Shown here: piece by piece, positions 1 through 9,617 of the stretch
How the letters are laid out: each line of letters starts with the position of its first letter
Position numbering within the stretch: position 1 is the first letter of the stretch
NCBI GenBank assembly: GCA_001816835.1
Contig: MHDB01000020.1
Span: forward strand, 23,523 to 64,607
DNA length: 41,085 bases
Direction: 5' to 3'
From: Candidatus Woykebacteria bacterium RIFCSPLOWO2_01_FULL_43_14
Lineage (GTDB): Bacteria; Patescibacteriota; Microgenomatia; Woykebacterales; 2-01-FULL-43-14
Position numbers and translations under genes: made by a program
Notes under the pieces: generated by a model
Databases searched by the model: none
The model's input: only the letters and a program-made list of their open reading frames with translations
Told to the model about the DNA's origin: nothing

Positions 1-520
1 TCAAACCCGCCAGTTCAGAAACACGCAGGCCAGTTGAAAATAACGTTTCCAGAATAGCTCGATCCCGAAGTCCCAATGGTTCTGAAGTATCAATCATAGA
101 CATAAGTTTTTCTAGCTGCTCGACGTTAAGAAAGGTAAGGCTGCGATCGCGCTCCTTACCAAGCTCGACTTGAGCACTACTCAACGCTGAAACATTTTCC
201 GAGGCTAAATAGTTTAAAAAGGCACGTATAGCAACCAAAAAGTAGTTCTGGGTGCTTCGCTTGAGCGGACCTTTAGTAGGATGGACCTTACCACTCAGAA
301 ACAAACGAAACTCGCGTACCATTTCTTTGGTAATTTGCCCGGGATCGGTAACTGGATGATTTTGGACAAGCCAGGCTGAGAAAGAGGAGAGGTAGTACTG
401 ATAAAGGCGAACCGTGCCTTTAGCCAGATTTTTGTCCAAGATACAATAATCGAGAAAGCGGCCAATATATTTTTCAAAGTTTGTGGAAATTTTTTTACTT
501 GGGTCCGTTGAGTTCGTCAT
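1..520 (-). CDS. Xer-family tyrosine recombinase, 5' part (runs off the window edge)
   Basis: Manual translation from ATG at 520: MTNSTDPSKK...RSTQNYFLVAIRAFLNYL...LRDRAILETLFSTGLRVSELAGL. It has an N-terminal core-binding domain and the box I motif TGLRVSEL with the catalytic Arg. Not in the ORF track because the stop lies outside the window. Confidence 0.93.
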   Translation of the reverse strand, partial: MTNSTDPSKKISTNFEKYIGRFLDYCILDKNLAKGTVRLYQYYLSSFSAWLVQNHPVTDPGQITKEMVREFRLFLSGKVHPTKGPLKRSTQNYFLVAIRAFLNYLASENVSALSSAQVELGKERDRSLTFLNVEQLEKLMSMIDTSEPLGLRDRAILETLFSTGLRVSELAGL

Positions 521-589
521 AGCAGAATAGAGCAGAGAATTGGTTTTCCTTAACGCGTCGTTAATTGATACTTTAGCGACGTCACAATA

Positions 590-618
590 AGACTAGTCCA
601 TCTTCTTTAGACTGTCAA
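590..618 (-). promoter_or_regulatory. sigma70-type promoter for the xer gene
   Basis: TTGACA-17bp-TAGTCT on the minus strand, about 70 bp upstream of the ATG at 520. Confidence 0.55.
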
Positions 619-725
619 TATAGATCTTCCTACGAAAGACTTAAATGCTATATCTAAGCACACACCGAGTAACTCTTATACTAAAGCAAGAAAAACTCAA
701 GATAGGCGGTTATCTATTCTCCACT

Positions 726-754
726 TTGACTGGTCTACCAGCTGAAGCTAAACT
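726..754 (+). promoter_or_regulatory. sigma70-type promoter facing the dif-like site
   Basis: TTGACT-17bp-TAAACT with no long ORF downstream. Confidence 0.45.
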
Positions 755-1095
755 TAAAGGCTCTGTAATGCCCTACAAGGCGCGATAAGCGGGAGGGACT
801 ACTTTGGATACCTTCAAAGAGGAATGGAAATAATCTATTAGGCCCGCTAAGGGGGATAAAGGAAGTTTAAAATTTTAATGGGTGACCTAAATTGGGAATT
901 TTGTATACGAAATTATAGAAAATTTTTGCACAAATTAATTAGTTACCAGCTGTCATAAAAGGGCCTGCGAGAAATTGTAGGTCTAATGCCTATAAGGCTG
1001 TTTAGTAATATTGTACGACATACTATATTTCCTACTCAGTTTCGCAAAAAGAGAGTGGTGGTTTTCACGGTATGAGTAACTGCAAGTAACAATTA

Positions 1096-1123
1096 AGTTG
1101 AGATAAGTAACATTATCGGAAGT
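1096..1123. other. dif-like chromosome dimer resolution site
   Basis: 11-6-11 layout. The minus strand reads ACTTCCGATAA TGTTAC TTATCTCAACT, resembling B. subtilis dif ACTTCCTAGAA TATATA TTATGTAAACT. It is near the xer gene and at a local G/C skew switch. Confidence 0.8.
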
Positions 1124-1376
1124 AGAGCCGTCTTCTTCCCTATAGGACGTTGTCATCTAACATTCGGGTTTTGTTGGCTAGCACTCAAATACTACGCCTG
1201 CCAGTTATCCACAATGATATTGTCAATATTTCCACGCGTGGAAAGTTCTCTCATCGCATTCCCGAATAAATAAACGTATCAAACCAGATCACTCTCCTCT
1301 CCCCTTTTTCTTAGTAGCAAACTTTTTCATCAGCATTGTTTTAGGTAAAACATAAGGCTATAATACATGGAGCCGT

Positions 1377-2504
1377 ATGGAAAAAATTGTTAAATTGTTC
1401 TCAGCTATCCTAGTTTCAGCTCTTTTGTTCTTATCCTTAGCCAATCCTAGCCTGGCTCAAGACACAATAGAAGCGCCCCAGGAAGAATTCATTAAGGCTA
1501 AGGTCTTGAGCATAATAGACCAAGGAGAAAGAGGTGTGGCGGGTATCAGTCGACCTTTCCAGATAGTCCAGGTTGAACTCCTTGAAGGTCCTGAAAAGAA
1601 CTCAGAAATCCAGATCGAACACGGCGTCAAACTCACCATAACATCAAACCAAATCGTTAACCCTAATGATTATGTCTTGGTACTAAAATCAACAGACAGC
1701 GAGTCTGGCTCCTCATACCAAATAGTCGATAAATACCGACTGGATACTGTTCTCGGTCTATTCGTTTTCTTCTTTATCCTCGTTTCCCTTTTTGGCCGCT
1801 GGCGCGGTGTTGGCTCTTTTCTCGGTCTAATCATAAGCCTTGTAATAATACTCAAGTTCATTGTTCCTCAAATTCTGGCTGGTCATGATCCTATAGTAAT
1901 AAGTCTCATCGGTGCCATGTTTATCGTGGTTTGTAACTTGTATCTTGCGCACGGGTTTAATAGACGCACCACATTGGCACTTATGGCTACCTTCCTCTCG
2001 CTAGGCCTAACCATGCTAGTCTCCTACCTATTCGCTGACTTAGCATATCTTAGTGGTTTGGGTAGCGACGAGGCTTACTCTTTGCGTTTTGGTCAAAGTG
2101 GGGGTATTAATTTCAAGGGTTTGCTGCTGGGTGGAATGATAATAGGCACCCTGGGAATACTTGATGACGTCACCACAACCCAAACAGCCGCTGTTTTGGA
2201 AATCCATCAGGCCAATTCTGCTCTGCATCTTAAAGATCTCATAAGGCGCGGTATGAATATAGGCCGTGAACATATATACTCCCTAGTCAACACTTTAGTA
2301 TTAGCTTATGCAGGGGCGTCACTCCCTATTTTTCTTATCATAATTCTAAATCCCACGAGCCAACCTATGTGGGTCATGCTTAACAGTGAGTACATTACTG
2401 AAGAGATTGTAAGGTCTCTAGCAGGAAGCATCGGTTTGCTTATGGCTGTACCAATTTCAACTATTCTCACTGCATATATGATTAAAAGGAGGAAGTTTTT
2501 GTGA
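1377..2504 (+). CDS. YibE/F family membrane protein
   Basis: Signal-like N-terminus, soluble domain, then several TM helices with the motifs GxLDDVTxTQ, GREHIxSLVNTLVLAYAG and EEIVRSLAGSIG. Confidence 0.85.
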   Translation: MEKIVKLFSAILVSALLFLSLANPSLAQDTIEAPQEEFIKAKVLSIIDQGERGVAGISRPFQIVQVELLEGPEKNSEIQIEHGVKLTITSNQIVNPNDYVLVLKSTDSESGSSYQIVDKYRLDTVLGLFVFFFILVSLFGRWRGVGSFLGLIISLVIILKFIVPQILAGHDPIVISLIGAMFIVVCNLYLAHGFNRRTTLALMATFLSLGLTMLVSYLFADLAYLSGLGSDEAYSLRFGQSGGINFKGLLLGGMIIGTLGILDDVTTTQTAAVLEIHQANSALHLKDLIRRGMNIGREHIYSLVNTLVLAYAGASLPIFLIIILNPTSQPMWVMLNSEYITEEIVRSLAGSIGLLMAVPISTILTAYMIKRRKFL

Positions 2505-2977
2505 ACAAAACTATTGTCGGTATCGGGGTATTTAGCGTGATTATTCTGATTGGTGGGGTAAGTTTGATGTCCCGCAATTCAACCACACCGCTGCCTCCAC
2601 ACCAGCAGTGTATCTCTCATGGAGGTATCTCCATGCACATCCATCCCAAACTCAGAATCGAGATCGCCGGAACTACCTTCCCCATCCCAACCAACATTGG
2701 AATAAATCCCAGCTGTATGATGTCCCTCCACACACATGATGACTCAGGGGTAATTCATGCGGAATACCCTACTAAGCGGGATTTCACTTTGGGTAACTTT
2801 TTTAGCAATTGGGGTAAAGATTTTTCCCAAAATCAAATCTTTGATAACTTTGTTGATGATACGCGTAGCTTAAGCATAACCGTCGATGGTCAGCCAAATT
2901 ATGATTTTGAGAATCTAGTTCTCAAAGATGACCAGGACATACTCATTAAATACGGTGAAAAGGTCATACCTTACTAA
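2501..2977 (+). CDS. membrane-anchored hypothetical protein with His-rich putative metal-binding motifs
   Basis: N-terminal TM helix; HIHP, LHTHD and IHAE motifs; GTGA overlap with the upstream gene. Confidence 0.7.
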   Translation: MNKTIVGIGVFSVIILIGGVSLMSRNSTTPLPPHQQCISHGGISMHIHPKLRIEIAGTTFPIPTNIGINPSCMMSLHTHDDSGVIHAEYPTKRDFTLGNFFSNWGKDFSQNQIFDNFVDDTRSLSITVDGQPNYDFENLVLKDDQDILIKYGEKVIPY

Positions 2978-3759
2978 CCACTTAGAACCACGATCAACAA
3001 AGCAAAGACGCTTAGACCAAGGAAAACATACTCCATAACTGTTCGTCTAGTCACGCTATCTTTTATTTTGTGCTGAACTAGACCTAAGCAGGTGTAAACA
3101 ACTGTGGTGAGTGCCAACCCCGCGCCGACCGGCGTTAAGGGCCAAAAACCAATGATGAAGCCGATTTGGGAGGTGAGGAGACTTGAAACTAAACTCCCTT
3201 GTAGTACCTCAGGACTCAAGTTCTCTTTCAGCTCAATCTGCCACAAAGCCTGTAAATAGATAAAAAATGAGATGACAAGAACCAAAAAACTCGACATAAA
3301 GACGCTCATGTGTGAATTGTATATTAGGAAAAATCCTAGAAACGACACCCCTAAAGTCGAGAGATAACCGACTGTCTGAGCAGCTCTTAAAAGCGGTATA
3401 TTTCTGACCTCTGATACGTTAAAAATATTCTGGGATAACTCAATAACATAATTAACCACGGCAAAGGCTAGCACAACTAGTAATTGCAACCAAAAACTAA
3501 TATCTGACTGAACGAGAAAGATCGCGACACTTGCTACCAGAAACACTGGTAGGACAAATAAGTTCACCAACTTAATTCCGTACAGATACTGCTTGAAACT
3601 CCAGGAGGTTAAGAAGTAGGACGTAATCGAGAGTAACAGGATGTAGAAATATACCCACCTATCCCCTATTAAAGGTGTCACAAGCAACAGCAAAGATAGC
3701 ACTAGGTTAGAGAAAATAATCCTAACTCTTTTGTTTTGAAACAATATCTGCGGAAACAT
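2974..3759 (-). CDS. polytopic membrane protein (CPR-type, possibly DUF5656-like)
   Basis: About 8 hydrophobic segments, NIFNV..R.IPLLRAA motif, translationally coupled to ruvC. The family name is from memory. Confidence 0.65.
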   Translation of the reverse strand: MFPQILFQNKRVRIIFSNLVLSLLLLVTPLIGDRWVYFYILLLSITSYFLTSWSFKQYLYGIKLVNLFVLPVFLVASVAIFLVQSDISFWLQLLVVLAFAVVNYVIELSQNIFNVSEVRNIPLLRAAQTVGYLSTLGVSFLGFFLIYNSHMSVFMSSFLVLVISFFIYLQALWQIELKENLSPEVLQGSLVSSLLTSQIGFIIGFWPLTPVGAGLALTTVVYTCLGLVQHKIKDSVTRRTVMEYVFLGLSVFALLIVVLSG

Positions 3760-4265
3760 TATTTGTTCCCTTCAGCTTCGAGTGAAACGTAACCATTTTG
3801 TTTGTAGATATGGCAAATTATCACTCCGAGAGCATCTGCAGCATCGTCTGGCTTAGGTATCTCTGATAATTTCAATGTGTTCTTAACTGCTTCCTGAACT
3901 TCCTTTTTCTTAGCTCTTCCGTAGCCTGTCATAAGACGTTTCACGGCTAGGCCTTGATACTCCTTAATCTGAATACCCGCCCTCGCTGCAGTTAGCAAAA
4001 CCACCCCCCTAGCCTGTCCAACCGACATAGCTGTTGTTGAATTGACGCCAAAAAAGAGCTGCTCAATGACTAGAAGGTCCGGTTTACGTTCAGTAATAAA
4101 GCACGAGACTTTATCGTAGAGCATCAGTAACCTTGCGGGCATTTCCATCTCCTTAGGTGTCTCAAAACAGCCGTAATCGAGAAGCTCTAGTTCTATTCCC
4201 TTTTCGTTATTTATCAAACCCCAACCTGTAGCAGCGGTTCCTGGGTCTATACCTAAAATAAGCAC
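3759..4265 (-). CDS. ruvC: Holliday junction resolvase RuvC
   Basis: ILGIDPG, IEQLFF, QARGV and DDAADAL catalytic motifs. Confidence 0.97.
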   Translation of the reverse strand: MLILGIDPGTAATGWGLINNEKGIELELLDYGCFETPKEMEMPARLLMLYDKVSCFITERKPDLLVIEQLFFGVNSTTAMSVGQARGVVLLTAARAGIQIKEYQGLAVKRLMTGYGRAKKKEVQEAVKNTLKLSEIPKPDDAADALGVIICHIYKQNGYVSLEAEGNK

Positions 4266-4266
4266 T

Positions 4267-5019
4267 CTAGACTATTGCCCTCTGCATTACATTTTCAGAA
4301 ATATCAAAATTGGCGTAAACTTTTTGAACATCTTCAAGGTCCTCAATCTTATCAACTAGATCCAAAACCTGCTTTGCCTTTCCCAAGTCTTCTAGTCGTA
4401 CAATATTAGTTTGTCTCTGGGTCAACTCAGATCTAGAAACCTGAAATCCGGAATTGAGCAGTTTCTGCTTTAGATTTTCTAACTCATTGGGTGAAGTATA
4501 GATCAATACGCGATCCCCAGCCTCCTCGGCATCGTGAGCTCCCAAATCAGCAGACACGAGCATAATATCATCGAAACTTCTATCTTCCTTTAACACTTCT
4601 ATTTCCCCCATTGGTTTAAACATCCAAGCAACAGAACCTACTCCTCCCAAAGACCCTCCTGCACGCTCTATCAAGCTTCTAAGGCTAGCTCCTGTCCTTT
4701 GTCGACTATCCGTTACTGTATCTACCATTAAAGCCACACCACAAGGGCCGTAAGCCTCGTAGGTAAGCTCCTCCAAGGGTTTGTCGTTTCCTTTACCGCT
4801 ACCTCGGTCTATGGCTCTATTAATATTGTCCTTGGGCATATTAGCCGCTCTTGCAGCTTCTATAGCTAGCCTAAGTTTGAAGTTAGAATCAGGGCTCTCG
4901 CCACCCTCTCGGACAACGACTGTAATTGCGTTACCCAGTTTGGTAAAAAGGTTACCTCTCTTGGCATCATTAGCTCCTTTTTGCCGTTTAATTGTACTCC
5001 ACTTACTATGCCCCGACAT
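4267..5019 (-). CDS. yebC: YebC/PmpR family protein
   Basis: MSGHSKWSTIKRQK, NMPKDNI, YEAYGP and DVQKVYAN motifs; classical yebC-ruvC synteny. Confidence 0.96.
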   Translation of the reverse strand: MSGHSKWSTIKRQKGANDAKRGNLFTKLGNAITVVVREGGESPDSNFKLRLAIEAARAANMPKDNINRAIDRGSGKGNDKPLEELTYEAYGPCGVALMVDTVTDSRQRTGASLRSLIERAGGSLGGVGSVAWMFKPMGEIEVLKEDRSFDDIMLVSADLGAHDAEEAGDRVLIYTSPNELENLKQKLLNSGFQVSRSELTQRQTNIVRLEDLGKAKQVLDLVDKIEDLEDVQKVYANFDISENVMQRAIV

Positions 5020-5138
5020 ACCTCATAATTCTACCAATTTAAGGCTCAAAGATCAAAAGGCCAAACTTCACTCCATAAAGGTCTGCCCCACTAATGTCAA
5101 GTATTGACAACCTACTCACAGCCCCTATACTAAAAATC

Positions 5139-5975
5139 ATGGGTTCAGCAGAATTAGATCCCCTATCTAATAAAGCGGTTGAAGCTGCCTTAAACAATCA
5201 CTGGCCAGAGGCTATTGATTTTAACATGCTTCTCCTAAAGAAATACCCTAAAGATGTCGAGTCCTTGAATAGGCTGGCAAGAGCTTATCTTGAGTCTGGT
5301 AGGACCAGCAAGGCTAAATCAACCTACAAAGCAGTTCTAGGTATTGACCCGTACAACCCAATAGCCACCAAGAATGTCAAAAGAATCTCAGAGCTAAAGA
5401 GTAAAGGCATCACCCTCAATCCTACTGAAACCAGCAATACCACCACCTCTGTTTCCGACCTTTTTCTAGAAGAGCCCGGAACAACTAAAATCATTCAAGT
5501 CACTCAACTAAAATCGCCTAAAGCAAGCGCTAGTCTCCGAACAGCTGACCCGGTAGACCTCAAAAATAAATACAGCGCTACTTATGTTTATAACAGTAAA
5601 GGTAAAGAGGTCGGTGTGCTCGATTCGTTCTGGGGCAAAAAGGTTGCTTCAGCAATAAGGGAAGGTGCTAAATTTGAAGCTTATATCGTTTCTGCTGATC
5701 ATACCTCAGAGAATAAGATCAGTGTTTTTGTTAGAGAAACCTACCATCCGCCTAAACTAGAAAATGCTCCCACTTTTCCTATCGAAAAAACCGACGACTT
5801 CCATCCTTCAGTATCAGAGGAAGCTGTTAGTCTGATCACCTCGGAAAACGAGTTACCAGGATCCGATGAGGAAGAGTCTAACGAACATTCTACAGAAGGC
5901 GGTAAACACACTTCGCTTGAAAGCCTGGCTCAAAAAGAGCAAGACGCGCTCGACCATCTCGACGAAGAAAACTAA
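5139..5975 (+). CDS. TPR-containing protein with acidic C-terminal tail
   Basis: TPR-like helices (SLNRLARAY...Y..VL.IDPYNPIA) and FLEEPG.TK motif. Start moved to ATG 5139 because TTGACA-16-TATACT lies 7 nt upstream. Confidence 0.8.
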   Translation: MGSAELDPLSNKAVEAALNNHWPEAIDFNMLLLKKYPKDVESLNRLARAYLESGRTSKAKSTYKAVLGIDPYNPIATKNVKRISELKSKGITLNPTETSNTTTSVSDLFLEEPGTTKIIQVTQLKSPKASASLRTADPVDLKNKYSATYVYNSKGKEVGVLDSFWGKKVASAIREGAKFEAYIVSADHTSENKISVFVRETYHPPKLENAPTFPIEKTDDFHPSVSEEAVSLITSENELPGSDEEESNEHSTEGGKHTSLESLAQKEQDALDHLDEEN

Positions 5976-5988
5976 ATCAAAAATTTTA

Positions 5989-6798
5989 CTAGCGAAGCTC
6001 GTCTTCGCCCACAAGATCCGGCATTTTTACTTCCACTGGTTTTTCAACTTCTATCTTAAGTGGTTCAGGTTTCTTTGGTGAAGGCTCTGGTGAAATCTTA
6101 GGTTCTACTTTAACAGCCTTTACAACCGGTTGAGCTGGTTGTGTTTCTTTGGGCGCTGGTTTTGGAGCTTCCACTATTTTTTCCTTAGTCTTATCCTCAT
6201 GAAGCTCTTTCTTTTTATCATCTTCACTATTAGACTTGGTTGGCACGACCTCCTCGGCTTTACTTTTCCCAGCAACACTCTCTAGAGCTATGTAGCTAGC
6301 GATGAGATTTCCCGCCGGTAAGAAGGCTACCACCTCATCACCTACCTCAGCCTTAAAGTGCTCAATAGAAGCGCCTAGAACTTTGTAGCTCCCTTCGGGA
6401 GTAACCACCCGGAATTTACCCTCTTTTTTAGTAACCATGCCCGTGGTTCGGTATCTTTTGACATGCTCTATCTGTTTAAACCGCTTTTCGCCATTATCCT
6501 CAACCATTTTTAAGGTATCTCCTACGACCAGCATACATTTAGAAGCATAGTTTTGGGGAATGGGGTGCTTATCACCAGCTTCGGTCACCATACTCTCGCC
6601 GTCGAAGATTCCTACTATCCCCGGTTTTTCCTTTTCTACCTGTGGGCTTTCTATTTTCCTAATTGGCTGAGGCGAGTTTTTCGGTAATTCCCGAGAAGCG
6701 CTCCCTTGGTCAATCTCGGCCAAAAGCTGCTTTGCTTGTCTTATGCTCGATTCAGCCGCACTCAGAGCCTGATTTATAAGTTGGGTCTTGTTACTCAT
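5989..6798 (-). CDS. conserved hypothetical protein with low-complexity K/E/P-rich C-terminus
   Basis: N-terminal coiled coil, G.FDGE.M...P.NYASK..LV.GD.LK beta domain, AGGAGG RBS. Confidence 0.75.
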   Translation of the reverse strand: MSNKTQLINQALSAAESSIRQAKQLLAEIDQGSASRELPKNSPQPIRKIESPQVEKEKPGIVGIFDGESMVTEAGDKHPIPQNYASKCMLVVGDTLKMVEDNGEKRFKQIEHVKRYRTTGMVTKKEGKFRVVTPEGSYKVLGASIEHFKAEVGDEVVAFLPAGNLIASYIALESVAGKSKAEEVVPTKSNSEDDKKKELHEDKTKEKIVEAPKPAPKETQPAQPVVKAVKVEPKISPEPSPKKPEPLKIEVEKPVEVKMPDLVGEDELR

Positions 6799-6807
6799 TC
6801 TTCCTCC

Positions 6808-9420
6808 TTACGGTTTGGTGGGGAAAACTACTTCTCCCTCAATCTTCTGAGTTTCATTACTATTTGGTGGTTCTGCCCCAATGGTGCTAATTGTACTCTC
6901 AATTTGTCTATCCGTAGGCAACGTCGACGTCACTTCGTTTTCCCCCTCAACTGGGGCTTCAGCAACTACTGTAGGTGCCTCAGGTAAAACAGCCCAGGCA
7001 GGTGGAACAGGCGGCTGACCTGGTCGGAATTTGGTCTCAACCCACCGTTTGATAGTAAAATCAACCTTCTCCAGATCCCGACTGTACTTAGCTCTTGAAG
7101 CGCTTATAGCTTTTTCTTTTTGACCAGTGGTATCAGTATAGGGTGCCAAAGAACGGGCGCTGAAAGGCTGGGAGCTGGAATCGTTTATTTGCAGCTTAAG
7201 GTACATCTCAAACCTCCCCAGGTTAATAAGATCCATCGCCAGGAAAGTAGGCGCAAACTCCTTTTCCAAGAAGTAGGCATCTGTCGGACCAACCCCAAAA
7301 CAGACCAAGGTTCCGATGTTACCAAAAACCGCTTCCTTGACCTTTTCAGGCATCTGTTCGATATATTGGTGAGTAAGCGTCAAATTAAGCCTATACTTTC
7401 GCGCTTCGGACAAGATATTGGCAAAAGAGTCCGTGGCAAACTTCTGAAACTCGTCGGCATAGACATAGAAATCTTTTCTCTCCGCCTCAGGGATATCTAC
7501 TCTTCTCATAGCCGCAAATTGCAGTTGGGATATTACCATGGCTCCAAGCAATGAAGCATTGTTTTCACCAATACGACCTGTCGCTAGGTTTACGAAGAAG
7601 ATTTTCTTGTTATTAATTATCTCGTCTATCCTAATAGTACTCTTAGGCTGACCGACGATGTTACGAATCGTGGAAGCATTTAGGAATTGACCTACTTTAT
7701 TCTGAATTGGGGATATAGCTTCAGTTAAAAGCTTTTGGTTTCCCTTCATAGTCTTGAACTCTTTGTTCCAAAAATCCTTCATTACAGGATCGGAAATCAT
7801 GCTCACGATATAGTTTTGGTAATCTTGGTCTGTCAATAAACGGACAATCGACAAAAGTGAGGTGTGAGGGACTTCCAGCAAAGTCAAAATCGAATTCATT
7901 AATAGGTACTCAAGTCGGGGTCCCCAGCTCTCAGCGAAATACTTCTTAAAAACGTCTAGTAGTCCTGAAGCGATAAGGTTGCGCTGCCGAGGATCAACAA
8001 CCTCCAGCATATTCAAGGCCACTGGGTGATCAGCGTCTGCTGGATTAAAAATAACTACGTCATCTAACCGATTCTCGGGTACAAACTCCAGCAAGGCATC
8101 TATTAGGTCGCCATGAGGATCAAGTATGGCTACTCCCTCACCATTTTTCATATCTGAAATAATCATGTTTTTGATCAGGGTCGACTTACCACTTCCTGTC
8201 TTACCTATCAAGTACATGTGCTTACGCCGATCGGGCCTCTGAATACCAAACTTCACTCTGGCCTCTCGAAAGATAGTTTCGGCGAAATAAGTACAATCAG
8301 TTGTGGGAAGACTGAGTGGGGGCTCACCTTTTTTGGCCCGAGTCCAGGCGATCGCGGGTGTCTCTACCGAGATATTAGGTAAGTGCCAGATAGATGCGAG
8401 CTCCTCTATATTCAAGATGAAATTCCCCGTCTCCCCCATACCAAAGGTACGACTTCGGAATTTGCTAAGTAGTGATTCATCGTCGCTAGAATTAGTATAA
8501 TCAGCCACAAAATTATTTAAGCTTGCGGTGGAAAACTGTTTAAACGATCCTACGGCTGACTTGAGACGGTTTTCAGAGGTCGCTTTGCTATCAGAAAACG
8601 CAACACAACGAACTTTTACTTCGAACCCCATTTTACTAAGTTTGTTCTCGATCAGTTTGAGATCCAACTCTTGACCAGCAGATAGTTGGACACGCAGGGC
8701 AGGACCTGGTTTTGCAGGTAGCTGGGGGCCTCTAGCGATTTGCCCAGGTATCTCTATGATGTGGGAAAAAATGTTTCGGCTGATTTCTTTAGCTATCTCC
8801 TTAGGCGCAAAGCTAACAGGGTGTTCCCCAGCCCGGACCACTTCGACATACTTATGTCCCCTCTCTTGCCATATATCCTCTAACGGGCGGACCAACACCT
8901 GCAGCCATACTTGTTCGTTATTGCTGATATTTCCGAGAGCACCGGTCACCCCGGCAAGCGGATCTACTTCAAAATCCCGAAAGGTTTTAATCGGAAAAAT
9001 AGAGTCTTTTCCCAACGTAATTTCGCACGCGGCGTACTTCATACCGCTTACTTTGTGAGTGTAATCTTCTACTTCGCGAATTTCCGCAGCAGGATATTGA
9101 GCATAAATCTGCCCTTCAACGAAGTTCTTAAACTGTTTTGGGATAAAGGCATAAAAACGGATTCCGTCTGGGGTAGAGGCTATCTCCAAACTTAAGTGTT
9201 CTTGGATTCCGGGGGTAAAACGCAGAAGACCGTGCAATGAGGCAAACATCTGCTCAGCAGAAATGGGAGTCTTCTCGTTCTCCTTTGGCAATTCGATGGC
9301 GAGTAACACCCCTTCTGTTGGTTGCTCAACAGCCTTGGTAGTTTCTAATTTTTTTGCGGCTCTGTAGGCAAAAAAGAATGATAAAGCCAGCATTACCACA
9401 ATTCCTAAGATTAAATACAT
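6808..9420 (-). CDS. membrane-anchored HerA/FtsK-TraD/VirD4-like ATPase
   Basis: N-terminal TM, Walker A GKTGSGKS, DPHGDL, Walker B YADEFQ, SEARKY and HQY motifs. Confidence 0.88.
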   Translation of the reverse strand: MYLILGIVVMLALSFFFAYRAAKKLETTKAVEQPTEGVLLAIELPKENEKTPISAEQMFASLHGLLRFTPGIQEHLSLEIASTPDGIRFYAFIPKQFKNFVEGQIYAQYPAAEIREVEDYTHKVSGMKYAACEITLGKDSIFPIKTFRDFEVDPLAGVTGALGNISNNEQVWLQVLVRPLEDIWQERGHKYVEVVRAGEHPVSFAPKEIAKEISRNIFSHIIEIPGQIARGPQLPAKPGPALRVQLSAGQELDLKLIENKLSKMGFEVKVRCVAFSDSKATSENRLKSAVGSFKQFSTASLNNFVADYTNSSDDESLLSKFRSRTFGMGETGNFILNIEELASIWHLPNISVETPAIAWTRAKKGEPPLSLPTTDCTYFAETIFREARVKFGIQRPDRRKHMYLIGKTGSGKSTLIKNMIISDMKNGEGVAILDPHGDLIDALLEFVPENRLDDVVIFNPADADHPVALNMLEVVDPRQRNLIASGLLDVFKKYFAESWGPRLEYLLMNSILTLLEVPHTSLLSIVRLLTDQDYQNYIVSMISDPVMKDFWNKEFKTMKGNQKLLTEAISPIQNKVGQFLNASTIRNIVGQPKSTIRIDEIINNKKIFFVNLATGRIGENNASLLGAMVISQLQFAAMRRVDIPEAERKDFYVYADEFQKFATDSFANILSEARKYRLNLTLTHQYIEQMPEKVKEAVFGNIGTLVCFGVGPTDAYFLEKEFAPTFLAMDLINLGRFEMYLKLQINDSSSQPFSARSLAPYTDTTGQKEKAISASRAKYSRDLEKVDFTIKRWVETKFRPGQPPVPPAWAVLPEAPTVVAEAPVEGENEVTSTLPTDRQIESTISTIGAEPPNSNETQKIEGEVVFPTKP

Positions 9421-9535
9421 TTTCTCTCTGTGGAGTGGTAGGATCTATCCCCTCACGCTCCGCGAGGAGCCTACTTATTGACCTAATGATACTCCCATAC
9501 AATATTAGTGTCAACAAACCTGACAAGTAGTCGAA

Positions 9536-9617
9536 ACCACACTTCGCCCCGTACCATACGGTACAGGGCTTCGCGGAGAGCCCTGACTGCCGGCAGGCAG
9601 GTTCGCATGGTTGGCCT
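9536..9617 (-). repeat. REP-like element with two nested palindromic inserts
   Basis: The reverse complement matches the unit at 26646-26681, interrupted by CCTGCCTGCCGGCAGTCAGG and CCCTGTACCGTATGGTACGGG. Confidence 0.75.

Noticed and set aside
295..477. 60-aa ORF from the track
   Set aside because: It is an alternative frame inside the xer recombinase gene (1-520).
1..520. Prophage or island integrase
   Set aside because: No phage or mobile genes follow, and the nearby dif-like site favours a housekeeping Xer. The region left of the window cannot be seen.
1205..1213. oriC suggested by a DnaA box
   Set aside because: Only one box, no dnaA/dnaN nearby, and gene orientation, skew and the dif-like site all indicate the terminus.
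6808..9420. Conjugative element (ICE)
   Set aside because: No relaxase, VirB-type genes or att sites; the flanking genes are chromosomal.
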